A stretch of DNA of 64,000 nt from a virus, in the IMG/VR virus record IMGVR_UViG_3300036851_000360, positions 1 to 64,000 of that record; one strand, written 5' to 3'. Made by a program: the position numbers and the translations under genes. A model generated the notes under the pieces. It was not told the origin of the DNA. It did not search any database and saw nothing but the letters and a program-made list of their open reading frames with translations. This document shows positions 19,901 to 29,067 of this stretch, piece by piece (positions within the stretch are counted from its first letter, which is position 1; each line of letters starts with the position of its first letter).

Positions 19901-20986
19901 GTGCTGGACGGTGGGCTTGTCGAGGTCTACTACAACGGCGTCACCGAGCCCACGGTCACCGGCCAGCTGGCCGCGAGCGGAGCGGGCGCCTCCTGGTACT
20001 GGAAGCTGGGGGCATACGCGCAGTTCGACGAGACCACCACGTCGGCCACCGAGTACGTGTCGGTCGAGCACCGCGACCTGCAAGTCACCCATGGCGGCGG
20101 CCGGGTGGACGCAGGCGCGGACGCGCAGGTGATCACGGGGCAGGCATTCACTCGGCTGGCGCAGGAGCTCGGTCTCACCGGGGTCACGGCCCGCCGTTGG
20201 ACGATCGTGTCTCGGCCGCTGCCGCCCGACCCGGAACCCGACCCGGGTCCGGGCGACCCGGGGGACATGACGATCGCCGCGGTCCGGCACGGCTGGGGCA
20301 CTCCGCACGCGTTGTCCGACGAGTTCGACTACACCGGCCCGCCGAACTCGACGAAGTGGAAGCTGCCCGGCGCGGACTGGGCCGGGCACAACGGCAACGG
20401 TCGTCGCCGCCCGGAACGGCAGACCGTCGCCGACGGGAAGTTCGTCATGACCGGGCTGCAGAACGGCGACACGGGGTGGTGTCAACATCGGCTGGACGTG
20501 CAGTACGGCCGCTGGGAGGCGCGGGTTCGGAGCTTCGCCGGGGCCCCGTCCGCGGGCGAACCGGACTCCACGTCGAACGGCAACGACTATCACCCGCTGC
20601 TGCTGCTGTGGCCGCAAAGCAACTCCCGTCAAACCGATGGCGAATATGACTGGATGGAAAACGGGGCGCCAGGCGAAAACACGCTTGAGGCGTTCATCCA
20701 CTACCCGCATCCAGGCACGAGCGTGGTTCAGCAGGAGCACTTCGAGCGGCCCAACAGCAGCCTGAGCCAGTTCCACAACATCGCCATGGAGTGGACCTCT
20801 CAGCACATCAAGGGCTTCTTCGACGGCGTGGAGTGGTTCTCCGTGAGCGGGGGTGCGAACAGCGTGCGACGCAACATCCAAACCATGCCCGCGGGTCACG
20901 CGGTGATACAGCTCGACGACTTCGACGGCACCAATCAGACGCCAGCAACGATCGAGCTCGAATGGTTCCGTTATTACAGTCTGTGA
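16997..20986 (+). CDS. Multi-module depolymerase: beta-helix + PL6 (chondroitinase B-like) + PL7 + half PKD + GH16
   Basis: TGATG start; YVSTTGSDGNAGT beta-helix; EPEVISVK and IRHG (PL6); PRSELRE, AQLH, YWKLGAYAQ (PL7); EYDWME (GH16 ExDxxE). Confidence 0.85.
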   Translation: MATIYVSTTGSDGNAGTTPGSPKLTLGGGLAAASAGDTVQVASGTYSGNFITSKGGSSGNFITIRSEVKHGAKISGNDGTSNESAVEINHAYIRVQDFEITGTAGSGLRNGVIVNADNVEVIGNHIHTTCQFLTEGTSWQGGAGIDFWGASRTNVLVDGNRIHHIGAPGSTQQLVHGLYPAQPATNCRIVNNVVYDCEDYGIQPYPEDEATGWKIVNNTVVACGRGIRTGDNTIVRNNISYNNKANNFDVRGSGSTLSNNISGGSGSSSMSGVTVANPLFTNYSARDLTLAAGSPALDAGTATDAPATDVAATARPQGSAVDAGAYEKPAAVGGGTGAPYTLAFPDGTPYPTIPAGTTVVNVSTSSALSSALSSATAGQRIVLADGSYSGAFSMSGRAGTAAAGISVEAANVGGATFATGSTFRVTNCSYVTISGLMFNWQGEGETFQFRGTSHHCRLTRSTFGPTTHAESSGVQTWVFIGDDCYHIRIDHNEIRNKGTSGNGVRVYGSFAKVDAGQGSSAGCRWVRIDHNIFRSIKPEVGNDKEPVRYGVSTMSRTISNGVIERNRFEDCICEPEVISVKMGGIRTTGNTIYRCAGGPVIRHGTNSVMSDNYVVDRVDTFGTTIGSGGIRFYDADHEVAYNYIDGVFGGNFQGPLLLDTGDAEGSSTNLSGHWRVIGADVQRNVIVDCPEGIRIGDNYSSVPRDCRIQHNLVVDADSGAAITQRVAPSNTVLDGTNVYYATTTAAGMTQDADTIWRKPGFGPRLTYLEQADVGPAGDLGDTDGTGVEAGGIAADPADILNIGADEGQNHFQLQYALDGSTGNDITITQFDDVAAGFTADPYFKVVTNLDGAPAVQFRVRADAATTTGSSTPRSELRETRADGTEMAFDAMHGDHSLRTRVRITHLPAGDPEVVVAQLHNGVTGDRIAIRTQLVSSQIKLLCRINGTQVDPRFDESYAVGDEFEVFVKVLDGGLVEVYYNGVTEPTVTGQLAASGAGASWYWKLGAYAQFDETTTSATEYVSVEHRDLQVTHGGGRVDAGADAQVITGQAFTRLAQELGLTGVTARRWTIVSRPLPPDPEPDPGPGDPGDMTIAAVRHGWGTPHALSDEFDYTGPPNSTKWKLPGADWAGHNGNGRRRPERQTVADGKFVMTGLQNGDTGWCQHRLDVQYGRWEARVRSFAGAPSAGEPDSTSNGNDYHPLLLLWPQSNSRQTDGEYDWMENGAPGENTLEAFIHYPHPGTSVVQQEHFERPNSSLSQFHNIAMEWTSQHIKGFFDGVEWFSVSGGANSVRRNIQTMPAGHAVIQLDDFDGTNQTPATIELEWFRYYSL

Positions 20987-23900
20987 TTGGCGGGAGTCAA
21001 CGGCGATGAGGCAGCTGTTGTGACCGGCCCGATCGATAGCGACGCCGAACTCAACTGGGTCGCCCCGACCACCACCGGCACCTACGTCATCCGCTACGCG
21101 GTCGACGCGAACGAGGGCACGTTCAGCGACGACGTAGTCGTCACGGTGGTGGACGCCCCAACCGGCCCGCAGACGGTTCACCTGGACTCGATCCCATCCC
21201 GGGCGGCCATCGGCGAACCCACCATCGTCATCGACCAGCCGGCTGGCGCGACCCCGACCATGCTCGGCGTCAACACCGTCCTGGGCGAGACATTCTTCCT
21301 GGGCTACAACCCCCAAGTCCCGACCGGCCCGCAGACCGTCCACCTGGACTCGATCCCATCCCGGGCGATCGTCGGCGAGCCGACGGTCACGGTGCGCCCG
21401 GCGCCACTGCCGGTCGTCGTCAACCTGGACTCGATCCCGTCGCGGCTGCGGATCGGTGCCCCGTCGGTGACGGTTGGGAACGCCCCACCGGACCAGCCGA
21501 TCACCGACCTGACCCTCTCGCTGTTCGCGATCGACCCGGCCACCGGGTACGGGATCCCGCTCCCGGATTTCGAGTCCCTCACGCTGTCGCCGTTGCGGAA
21601 CTCCGGCGGCTCGATCAGCCTGGACTACCCGGAGGACGGCGAGAACTTCGCGGTCCTGCGAGCCGCGATCACCAACGGCCGCGACGTCGAGGTCGAGATC
21701 TGGGTGTCCGGCACCTCCCGCGGTGCCCTGCGCGGCTATCTACAGGAAGCCCAGGGCGACGACACGGCCGAGGACGGCGCGTGGACGTTCGCCGGCGGCT
21801 TCCTCGGGTTGCGCATGGACGAGGCGTGGATCCGCCCGCAGGAACAGGGCCCGCTCGTCCCCGATGACGACGACAACCCGGACAACGACCAGCACGCCAA
21901 CGAGAAGCGTGAACTGATCTTCAACGCGTCGACCGCGGGTACCGTGATGGCCACGGCCATGACCCAGGCCCACACCCGCAACGCACTGAGCGACATCGTC
22001 TGGGACTTCACCGCCACCCACGACTCCGACGGCACCCCCTGGCCACAGGTGATCACCACCCGGTTCAGCCCGGGCGCCAGCTACAAGCAGCTACTGGATC
22101 GGCTGGTCACCCTCGGACTCGCCGAGTGGGACGTGCAGTGGAGCGGCGCCCACCGGGTACTGAGGATGTGGGTGCCGGAGGGCCGGGGCACCGACCTGTC
22201 CGACGACGCGGTACCGGTGGTACTGCAGCACGGGCAGAACATCCTGGACGCCCCCCGACGCTGGTCGGTGCGCGAGGCCGGCACGACGGTGATGGTGGCC
22301 GGCGCGGACGGCCTCTACGACGAGGCATCGGACGCGACCGCGCTCACCCGCCGGGGTCGGCGGATCGAGCGGTTCGTGTCGGCGAACAACCTGGCCGACG
22401 CGGGCGCGGTCACCGCTTACGCGCTCAACCAGCTCCCACTGGTCACCACCGGGCTGCACGAGGTCACGCACGGGATCGGGTTCCTGTCCGGCTCGCCACG
22501 GCCGATCGTCACCTACGACGTCGGGGACTGGGTGCTGTCCGAGTCCGGGGACACCCAGGAACGGTTGCGGGTGGTGCAGTGGACGTTGACCGTCGACAAC
22601 GATGGGGGCCTGTCCGGGACGGTCACACTCAACGACACCGTCACCGACGCCCTGGTGCGGTTGCAGGCCCGCCTGGACGCCATCACCTCCGGTGAGACGG
22701 TCGTCGGCACGAGCGAGCCGTCGTCGGGGAACCTGTCGGACATCACCCCGCCCGCCGCGCCGGAGGGCCTGGTCGTCTCCTCGATCGCCTACCAGGACCC
22801 GGCGCACACCAACACCCTCGCGTCGGTCACGGTGGGCTGGCTGCCGGTCGTCACCAACGCCGACGGTTCGAACTACCCGCAAGTCCAGGCCGCGCGCTAC
22901 CTCCTGCTTCAGATGGAGGATCTGGAGAACAACCCGCCGGACCCCGACGATCCCGACGACGACAGGATGATCGACCAGGACACCTGGACCTGGGCGGACT
23001 GTCCCCAGGTGGTCCAGGACTACGCGGGGGTGCTGCGCCAGGAGTGGGTCGCTGACGGCAGCCCGGCGGGCGTGGAGACGTGGCTGCAGTCCTACGTCGC
23101 CGAGTTCTCCGCCACCCCGACGGCGACCGACGACGTGGCTGGCTACAAGGTGCGCTACGCCTACCTCGGCCTGGATCAGGTCGGCGGGATCCCGAGTTCG
23201 GACCCGTTCCCTGACGACGACCGGGTCTACTACGAGGCCACCCCGTCGAACGGCATCTCGGGCACGTCGTGGACGTTCGGCGGGGTCGAGGCCGGCGCGA
23301 ACCTGCGCATCGAGGTGCAGGCGTTCGACCGGTCCAGCAACCACGGGCCGTGGGCGTCGATCGGGCACGACACCGCCATCGACGACACCCCGCCGCCCCG
23401 CCCCGGACCGCCCGGGATCACGGCGTCGTTCCGCGGGGTGCACATCACCTGGGACGGGCTCGGCCAGATCGGCGAGCCGATGCCGATGGACTTCGACCAC
23501 GTCGAGGTGTGGATTAGCCAGTCTGCGGACTTCTCCACGGCAGCGTCCACGGCTGGGTTGGCTACCGCGTTCGACCCGTTGAACCCGAACCCGCAGCATG
23601 TCGGGGACCTGTTCGCGGCCGGGACTCATCCGGTGCAGGACATGCTGTACGAGGTCGGCTACTACGCGGCTCTGCGGGCGGTGGACCGGTCGGGGAACGT
23701 GTCGCTGATGTCGGCGGCCGGCGGGCCAGCCACGGCGGAGAAGCTGTTCTCCGACGACCTGCGCGATCAGATCATCAACGACTCCTCGATGATCGCCGCG
23801 CAGACCATCGGCACGTTGCATGTTGTCGACGGTGCGATCATCACCGCGAAGATCGCCGATCTTGCGGTGAACAACGCGAAGATCGCCGACCTCGAGGTGG

Positions 23901-24904
23901 GCAAACTCCGCTCCGGGACGATGATCGCGCAAGTCACGATCGCCGGGAAGTTCCGCACCCACGAGTCCGACGCCGCGAACCGGGTCGAGTTCGACGCCGC
24001 AGGGCTGCGGCTCTACCGCGGCTCGACCGTCGTTGGGTCGTGGAACGTCACCGACGGATCCATGCTGATCACGGGAACGTGGCGCACCGGGCTGACCGGG
24101 GAACGCGCCGAGGGCCACCCGGACGGCTCGGTCCGCTGGTACCCCCAGTCCGGGTCTAACTACTCCCAGATAGCGAACTTCGGCAACGACGTCGTGTGGC
24201 GCGGCCCTCTCGACACAGCCGGCCGCTCCGGGCGGATCAATGTCAACGCCCTTGGTGTCGGGTTGAACTTCTCCGCCGAGTCGGAGATCCCCAGCAACCT
24301 CCGCGCAGAGATCGCCGTGTTCGACCGCCGGGCCCGCATCACCAGCCCATTCGCAGCGTTCGAGGTGAACGGGAAGCTGGACAACCCCGCCGGCGGGCCA
24401 CGCCGGTTCCAGTTCTCCCAAACCTCCGCGTCCGGGACGACGCTGCCGTACTCATACCTGTCGTACATGGCCTCCTCCTCGTCAGGTCGGGGCGGGTTCT
24501 GGGGTAACGGCGCTGGCATCAAGATGGAGGCCGGTCAGGTTCTGGTCACCGGCGACGAGCTCGACGGGTTCGGCGTCATCAAGGCGAACGAGTTCGCGGT
24601 CGCCTCCAGCGCGCAGATCAAACGCGACATCGTGGACGTCGACGACGAGGCGGTTCCGCTTGACCCGGAGCAGGTGTTCCGTGACGCCCCGGCGGTGCAG
24701 TTCAACTACGTCGACGACGCCCCCGATGTGCCGCCGCGGCTGGGTGTGCTCGCCGAGCAGATGCCGGAACTGATGCGACACGTCGGCCCTGACGGCAAGG
24801 GCGGTGTGGTCCTGTCAGTTGGGGTGACGAGCCAGCTCGCCCTCCAACACGCGGCGCTCCGCCGCATCATCGCCCGCCTGGACGCCCTGGAAGGAAGCCT
24901 GTGA
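20987..24904 (+). CDS. Large minor tail / tail-tip protein with FN3 domains and C-terminal S74-like chaperone (start may be GTG 21020)
   Basis: Hub-like region (YDVGDWV), FN3-like AFDRSSN and AVDRSGN, ITAKIADL repeats, SSAQIKRDI...LGVLAEQ autochaperone-like end. Confidence 0.78.
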   Translation: MAGVNGDEAAVVTGPIDSDAELNWVAPTTTGTYVIRYAVDANEGTFSDDVVVTVVDAPTGPQTVHLDSIPSRAAIGEPTIVIDQPAGATPTMLGVNTVLGETFFLGYNPQVPTGPQTVHLDSIPSRAIVGEPTVTVRPAPLPVVVNLDSIPSRLRIGAPSVTVGNAPPDQPITDLTLSLFAIDPATGYGIPLPDFESLTLSPLRNSGGSISLDYPEDGENFAVLRAAITNGRDVEVEIWVSGTSRGALRGYLQEAQGDDTAEDGAWTFAGGFLGLRMDEAWIRPQEQGPLVPDDDDNPDNDQHANEKRELIFNASTAGTVMATAMTQAHTRNALSDIVWDFTATHDSDGTPWPQVITTRFSPGASYKQLLDRLVTLGLAEWDVQWSGAHRVLRMWVPEGRGTDLSDDAVPVVLQHGQNILDAPRRWSVREAGTTVMVAGADGLYDEASDATALTRRGRRIERFVSANNLADAGAVTAYALNQLPLVTTGLHEVTHGIGFLSGSPRPIVTYDVGDWVLSESGDTQERLRVVQWTLTVDNDGGLSGTVTLNDTVTDALVRLQARLDAITSGETVVGTSEPSSGNLSDITPPAAPEGLVVSSIAYQDPAHTNTLASVTVGWLPVVTNADGSNYPQVQAARYLLLQMEDLENNPPDPDDPDDDRMIDQDTWTWADCPQVVQDYAGVLRQEWVADGSPAGVETWLQSYVAEFSATPTATDDVAGYKVRYAYLGLDQVGGIPSSDPFPDDDRVYYEATPSNGISGTSWTFGGVEAGANLRIEVQAFDRSSNHGPWASIGHDTAIDDTPPPRPGPPGITASFRGVHITWDGLGQIGEPMPMDFDHVEVWISQSADFSTAASTAGLATAFDPLNPNPQHVGDLFAAGTHPVQDMLYEVGYYAALRAVDRSGNVSLMSAAGGPATAEKLFSDDLRDQIINDSSMIAAQTIGTLHVVDGAIITAKIADLAVNNAKIADLEVGKLRSGTMIAQVTIAGKFRTHESDAANRVEFDAAGLRLYRGSTVVGSWNVTDGSMLITGTWRTGLTGERAEGHPDGSVRWYPQSGSNYSQIANFGNDVVWRGPLDTAGRSGRINVNALGVGLNFSAESEIPSNLRAEIAVFDRRARITSPFAAFEVNGKLDNPAGGPRRFQFSQTSASGTTLPYSYLSYMASSSSGRGGFWGNGAGIKMEAGQVLVTGDELDGFGVIKANEFAVASSAQIKRDIVDVDDEAVPLDPEQVFRDAPAVQFNYVDDAPDVPPRLGVLAEQMPELMRHVGPDGKGGVVLSVGVTSQLALQHAALRRIIARLDALEGSL
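21161..21475 (+). repeat. Three near-identical TVHLDSIPSR..IGEPT linker repeats
   Basis: acctggactcgatccc recurs at about 21180, 21342 and 21423. Confidence 0.8.
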
Positions 24905-25053
24905 CACACGGCCCAGAGATCAACGTGTCTGAGGTCATCGCCGAGCTCGACCCGCTCGGGAAGGCGTTGTTCGACGCCGCCTTGGAACGGGTGCGGGTGC
25001 GGCGTCTGCAGGAGCGGATCGCTGAGCTTGAGCAGCAGCAGGAAGGGGTCTGA
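24901..25053 (+). CDS. Small coiled-coil tail accessory protein (50 aa)
   Basis: GTGA overlap with the upstream stop; MTHGPEINVSEVIAELDPLGKALFDAALER...; ends just before the next gene. Confidence 0.6.
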   Translation: MTHGPEINVSEVIAELDPLGKALFDAALERVRVRRLQERIAELEQQQEGV

Positions 25054-25055
25054 AC

Positions 25056-27230
25056 GTGCCGACTTCGTTCCCCACGTTCGTTGACACCCCGGAAGGGGAA
25101 GAGCCGGAGCCGGGCACCCCAGACGCCGACGCCGCCTACCTGAACAGCGTCAACGTCGCGATCAACACGCTCGAGAACACGCTGCCCGGCAAGGTCGACG
25201 CTGGCACTCTCGCCACGGTAGCCAGCTCCGGCGCCTACACCGACCTGATCGGTTCACCGTTCATCCCGACCGCGCCGAGCCACATCGGCGCGCAGCCGGC
25301 CGGCACCTACGTGGTGCCCGGCGATCTGGCGGCGTACGCCCCGGTCGCACACACCCACGCCGCGCCGAACAAGGTCCCCGTGGGCAGCATCAACGCCACC
25401 GGCACCCCCACTGCCTCGACGTTCCTGCGTGGTGACGGCACCTGGTCGCCGCCCCCACCGGACATCAGCGGCGGGATCAGCGGCGCGGTTGGCGACGGAG
25501 TCGTCGACGACACCGTCGCGATCAATGCTGCGCTCACGGCCGCCCGCACCGGTGGTGGCGGTCTGGTGAAAGGCGCCCCCGGCAGCACCTACCTGATCAA
25601 CGCGCCGTTGGTCATCGGGTCGAACACCGTGCTGGATATGACCGGCTGCCGGGTGGTGCTCGACCCGGCGGTGACCCAGTCCAACATGCTGAACAACCGT
25701 GCGGTCTCCACGTCGAACCGCACGGTCACCGACGGCGCGATCGCCGCCGCCGCGAACATCCTGGTGTCCGCTGCGGCCGCTTGGACGTCGGCCGACATCG
25801 GCCGCAGCGTGCACATCCCCGGCGCTGGCTGGGAGCTGCACGGCGGGGACGAGACCCCGGTCTGCGCCACGATCCTCTCAGTGTCGGGCACGGACGCCGA
25901 GCTGGACACCGTTGCCGGTACGACCGTTGTCGGCGCCACGGTGACCATCTACAACCGCGACGAGAACATCTTGGTGACCGGCGGTACCTGGGACGCGGGG
26001 GCCAACGAAGGCGGCGCCGACAACACCGGGCGACACATCCTGCGATTCCGCCGCATCGACGACCTGACGGTGCGGGACCTTCGGGTCGAGTGCACCGGCG
26101 GGAAGTACGCGATCACCCCCGGCGACTGCAACCGCGTGAAGATCACCGACTGCTCGTTCGACACCAGCTCCGACGGCATCCACTTCCACGGCCCGGCACG
26201 TGGCATCACGATCCGCGGGATCACCGGCGTCATGGGCGACGACTCGGTCGCGATCGGCACCGACGACATCCCGCAATATCAGGACGTCGCCGGGCCCATC
26301 AGCGAAGTGGTCATTGAAGACGTCGACTGCGTCACCGACATCAACATCGTGAAGATCTACACCCGGATCGGGATCGACCTGAACAACATCACGATCCGCA
26401 ACATCCGCGGGCGGAGCCTCGGCGAGTTCACCGGCATCACCCTTGTCGACGGGACCATGGACAACATCCTGGTCGACGGCGTGAACATCACCGGCCCGGC
26501 GGGCGGCATCTTCCGCTCGGTGATGCTGGCCTGCTCGAGCTCGAAGGCCACCGTCCGCAACGTCGTGTCTAGCGGCGGGTTCCTGTGCCAGGTCGTCACC
26601 GGGTTCACCGTCGACTCCCTGCTCGTGCAGGGCGCGGTGCACAGCTCACCCACCAGTGGCGATCACATGGTCGTCATCGATGGTTCCGTCGGCCACCTGT
26701 CGGTCTCCGACTTCTCCTGCACGCTCCCCGCCAGTGCGTCTCTCGTCCGCATGACCAACGGGGCCAGCATCGGCGCCGCCTACATCTCCGACGGTGTCCT
26801 CACCGGCGTCACCCACGGCTCGTTCCTCGACGCGCAGGTGTCATCCGGCACCCTCGGGCGGGCCGTGCTCCGCGGGCTCCGGGGCAGCAGCATTGCGTTT
26901 GGGTTCGCCACCAGCATCTCCGGGGAGGTGAACCTGTCGGACGTCGACCTGTCCGCAGCGATCGGACTGGTGTACGTGGCGGGCGGCAACCTAGTGATCC
27001 GCAACGGGCAGGGCATCACCGGAACGGCTACAGCCAGCTTCCGCGATGCCGGCACTCTCGCTGTCCGGGCCCCCGACTTCCCCATCGATCTCGACCTGGC
27101 CAACAGCCGATCCGCCGGCGACCGGGCCTTCAACGTCGACGCTGGCCTGTCCTGCGGTGTCGGCCCGGTGGTGTTCAACGGGACCGCCTGGGTGAACGTC
27201 GCCTCCGGCGCCACGTACACGCCGGCCTGA
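25056..27230 (+). CDS. Tailspike with pectin-lyase-like right-handed beta-helix
   Basis: Fibre-like N-terminus (LATVASSGAYTDL, FLRGDGTW); GAVGDGVVDDTVAINAAL; SDGIH...GDDSVAI (GH28-like). Confidence 0.78.
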   Translation: MPTSFPTFVDTPEGEEPEPGTPDADAAYLNSVNVAINTLENTLPGKVDAGTLATVASSGAYTDLIGSPFIPTAPSHIGAQPAGTYVVPGDLAAYAPVAHTHAAPNKVPVGSINATGTPTASTFLRGDGTWSPPPPDISGGISGAVGDGVVDDTVAINAALTAARTGGGGLVKGAPGSTYLINAPLVIGSNTVLDMTGCRVVLDPAVTQSNMLNNRAVSTSNRTVTDGAIAAAANILVSAAAAWTSADIGRSVHIPGAGWELHGGDETPVCATILSVSGTDAELDTVAGTTVVGATVTIYNRDENILVTGGTWDAGANEGGADNTGRHILRFRRIDDLTVRDLRVECTGGKYAITPGDCNRVKITDCSFDTSSDGIHFHGPARGITIRGITGVMGDDSVAIGTDDIPQYQDVAGPISEVVIEDVDCVTDINIVKIYTRIGIDLNNITIRNIRGRSLGEFTGITLVDGTMDNILVDGVNITGPAGGIFRSVMLACSSSKATVRNVVSSGGFLCQVVTGFTVDSLLVQGAVHSSPTSGDHMVVIDGSVGHLSVSDFSCTLPASASLVRMTNGASIGAAYISDGVLTGVTHGSFLDAQVSSGTLGRAVLRGLRGSSIAFGFATSISGEVNLSDVDLSAAIGLVYVAGGNLVIRNGQGITGTATASFRDAGTLAVRAPDFPIDLDLANSRSAGDRAFNVDAGLSCGVGPVVFNGTAWVNVASGATYTPA

Positions 27231-27255
27231 CGCACACGCAAGCAGGGGAGCCCCG

Positions 27256-27966
27256 ATGGCTATTCGGTTCGACGCAGCCGGAGATCGCGTCTACATCGCC
27301 ACCACGCTGCCAAACCCCGCAACGACGGGGTTGACGATCCTCGGGTGGTGGCGGGTACGGGTCGACCGCGACGACTACTCGGCCTACTACCGGACCTCCG
27401 CGGCCGGGACGTCGATCCACACCGTTGAAACCACCTCCACCGGGCTTGGGGTGAACATCTTCACCCCGTCCGGGGAGATCACCGACACCTACATCAACGC
27501 GGTCGACGAGTGGGTGGGGATCGCGGTCGTCGACAACGGGTCCGGCACGGTCACCCAGTACGTCCGCCCGGATGGGGGTGCGACCACGTCGAACAGCGGC
27601 GCGATCGCCTCCGGCACACCTGACCTGTTGTGTGTCGGCGGCCGGTCACAGTCCGACGCCACGGAGTGGTTCAACGGCGCTGCTACGCACGTCCGCGTGT
27701 TCGCCGACGCGCTCACCCAGGCCGAGATCGAGGACGAGTGGGCGTCGGCGAACCCGGTGCTGACAGCGTGGGCGGACTACCCGTTTCAGTCCGACATCCA
27801 GGACGCCTCAGGGAACGGCCGGCACCTCACCGCCGTGTCCGGCACGCCAGCGTTCGAACCGGGGCCGCTACCGGCCGACTCGACCACGGCGACCAGGTCG
27901 CGGGTTCTGACGCATGCCCGTCCACGTCTCGTCCGCGGTCGGACCCGCGCTGGCCGCAGACCATAG
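27256..27966 (+). CDS. LamG/concanavalin A-like tail protein
   Basis: WFNGAATHVRVFADALTQAEI and DASGNGRHLT motifs. Confidence 0.72.
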   Translation: MAIRFDAAGDRVYIATTLPNPATTGLTILGWWRVRVDRDDYSAYYRTSAAGTSIHTVETTSTGLGVNIFTPSGEITDTYINAVDEWVGIAVVDNGSGTVTQYVRPDGGATTSNSGAIASGTPDLLCVGGRSQSDATEWFNGAATHVRVFADALTQAEIEDEWASANPVLTAWADYPFQSDIQDASGNGRHLTAVSGTPAFEPGPLPADSTTATRSRVLTHARPRLVRGRTRAGRRP

Positions 27967-27991
27967 CAACCCCGATCGGAGGCCCGGCCGG

Positions 27992-28330
27992 GTGGACGCG
28001 GTCCTGACCACGCTCATCGGGGCAGCCCCACAACTCGGTGTCGGCGGCATCCTCCTCACCCTGCTGGCGTTGTTGATGCGCCGGGAGTCGCAGGACCGGG
28101 CTGACTACCGCACCCAGATCGCGGAGCTGTCGTCCCGGCACGCCGACGAGTTGAGGCGGATCAACGAGTCGCACGATGCGGAACTCGCCGAACTGCGTGT
28201 GGAGATCAAAGGTTTGCGGGTGCAGCTCGACGAGGTCAACCGGAAACTCGACGAGGAACGTGGCCTGAGGCGGGCAGCGGAGGACTCCATGCGACCCCGG
28301 CACCGGCGCACCCCAGGCGACACCCCATGA
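27992..28330 (+). CDS. Single-TM coiled-coil membrane protein (holin-like, lysis cassette)
   Basis: GGAGG RBS; [17 protein letters not shown] followed by a long charged coiled coil. Confidence 0.6.
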   Translation: MDAVLTTLIGAAPQLGVGGILLTLLALLMRRESQDRADYRTQIAELSSRHADELRRINESHDAELAELRVEIKGLRVQLDEVNRKLDEERGLRRAAEDSMRPRHRRTPGDTP

Positions 28331-29022
28331 ACCGGGCCCGGCACCGGCTGCAACTGTGGACCCGGAACCGGATGGTGATGCTCGCCGTCGCCGCCACGGC
28401 GGTGCTGTTCATCGTCGCCGCGTCAGTGTGGGCCCAGCTCGGGCAGCAGGCCGCGCAGCAGCAGACCGGGGTAGTGGAACAGCAGCGCGACCAGGCGACC
28501 GAGCAACGAGACGACGCCGCCGCGCAGGCCGTGTCCCTCGCCGAGCAGATCAAGGCGGCGTGCGGGGACGGGTCCCTGTCAGGGGCAGTGTGTGAGCAGG
28601 CGGAGCAAGTCGCTGCAACACCCGTCCCTGGACCGGTTGGACCCCAAGGCGTCCCCGGGGCGTCTGGGCAACCCGGGACAGCCGGCGAGCCCGGCGCGGC
28701 TGGACCTGCTGGACCGACCGGGACGGCTGGCGACCCGGGGGCTACTGGCCCTGCCGGGCCCGCCGGCACGGATGGCCGGGATGGTGTGGACGGCGCGGAT
28801 GGTGTCGACGGGCAGGATGGCGAGCCTGGTCCAGCTGGCCCGGCAGGTCCACAAGGACCGACTGGCGAGCCTGGAGAGGACGGCCAGGACGGCGACGACG
28901 GGCCCCAAGGCCCACCCGGTGAGCCGCCAGCCTCCTACACGATGACCATCCTTGGGATCACGTACACGTGCACCCGCACCGGCGGGGACAACACCTCGCC
29001 CACATACACCTGCTCGACCTGA
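28327..29022 (+). CDS. Membrane protein with collagen-like G-X-Y repeats
   Basis: N-terminal TM; about 33 Gly-X-Y triplets; C-terminal YTC...YTC. Confidence 0.75.
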   Translation: MNRARHRLQLWTRNRMVMLAVAATAVLFIVAASVWAQLGQQAAQQQTGVVEQQRDQATEQRDDAAAQAVSLAEQIKAACGDGSLSGAVCEQAEQVAATPVPGPVGPQGVPGASGQPGTAGEPGAAGPAGPTGTAGDPGATGPAGPAGTDGRDGVDGADGVDGQDGEPGPAGPAGPQGPTGEPGEDGQDGDDGPQGPPGEPPASYTMTILGITYTCTRTGGDNTSPTYTCST

Positions 29023-29067
29023 GCAGCTCTGATCCTTGCAGTTCAACGTCACCTTCTGGGAGACACC

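Noticed and set aside
20984-21030. Selenocysteine recoding or alternative genetic code at the in-frame TGA
   Set aside because: No evident SECIS hairpin; TGA is the ordinary stop for most genes here
500-24421. Long minus-strand ORFs (e.g. 500-2041, 2928-4562, 6488-8086, 19622-21343, 22091-24421)
   Set aside because: Shadow ORFs opposite well-supported genes, expected in high-GC DNA; no motifs
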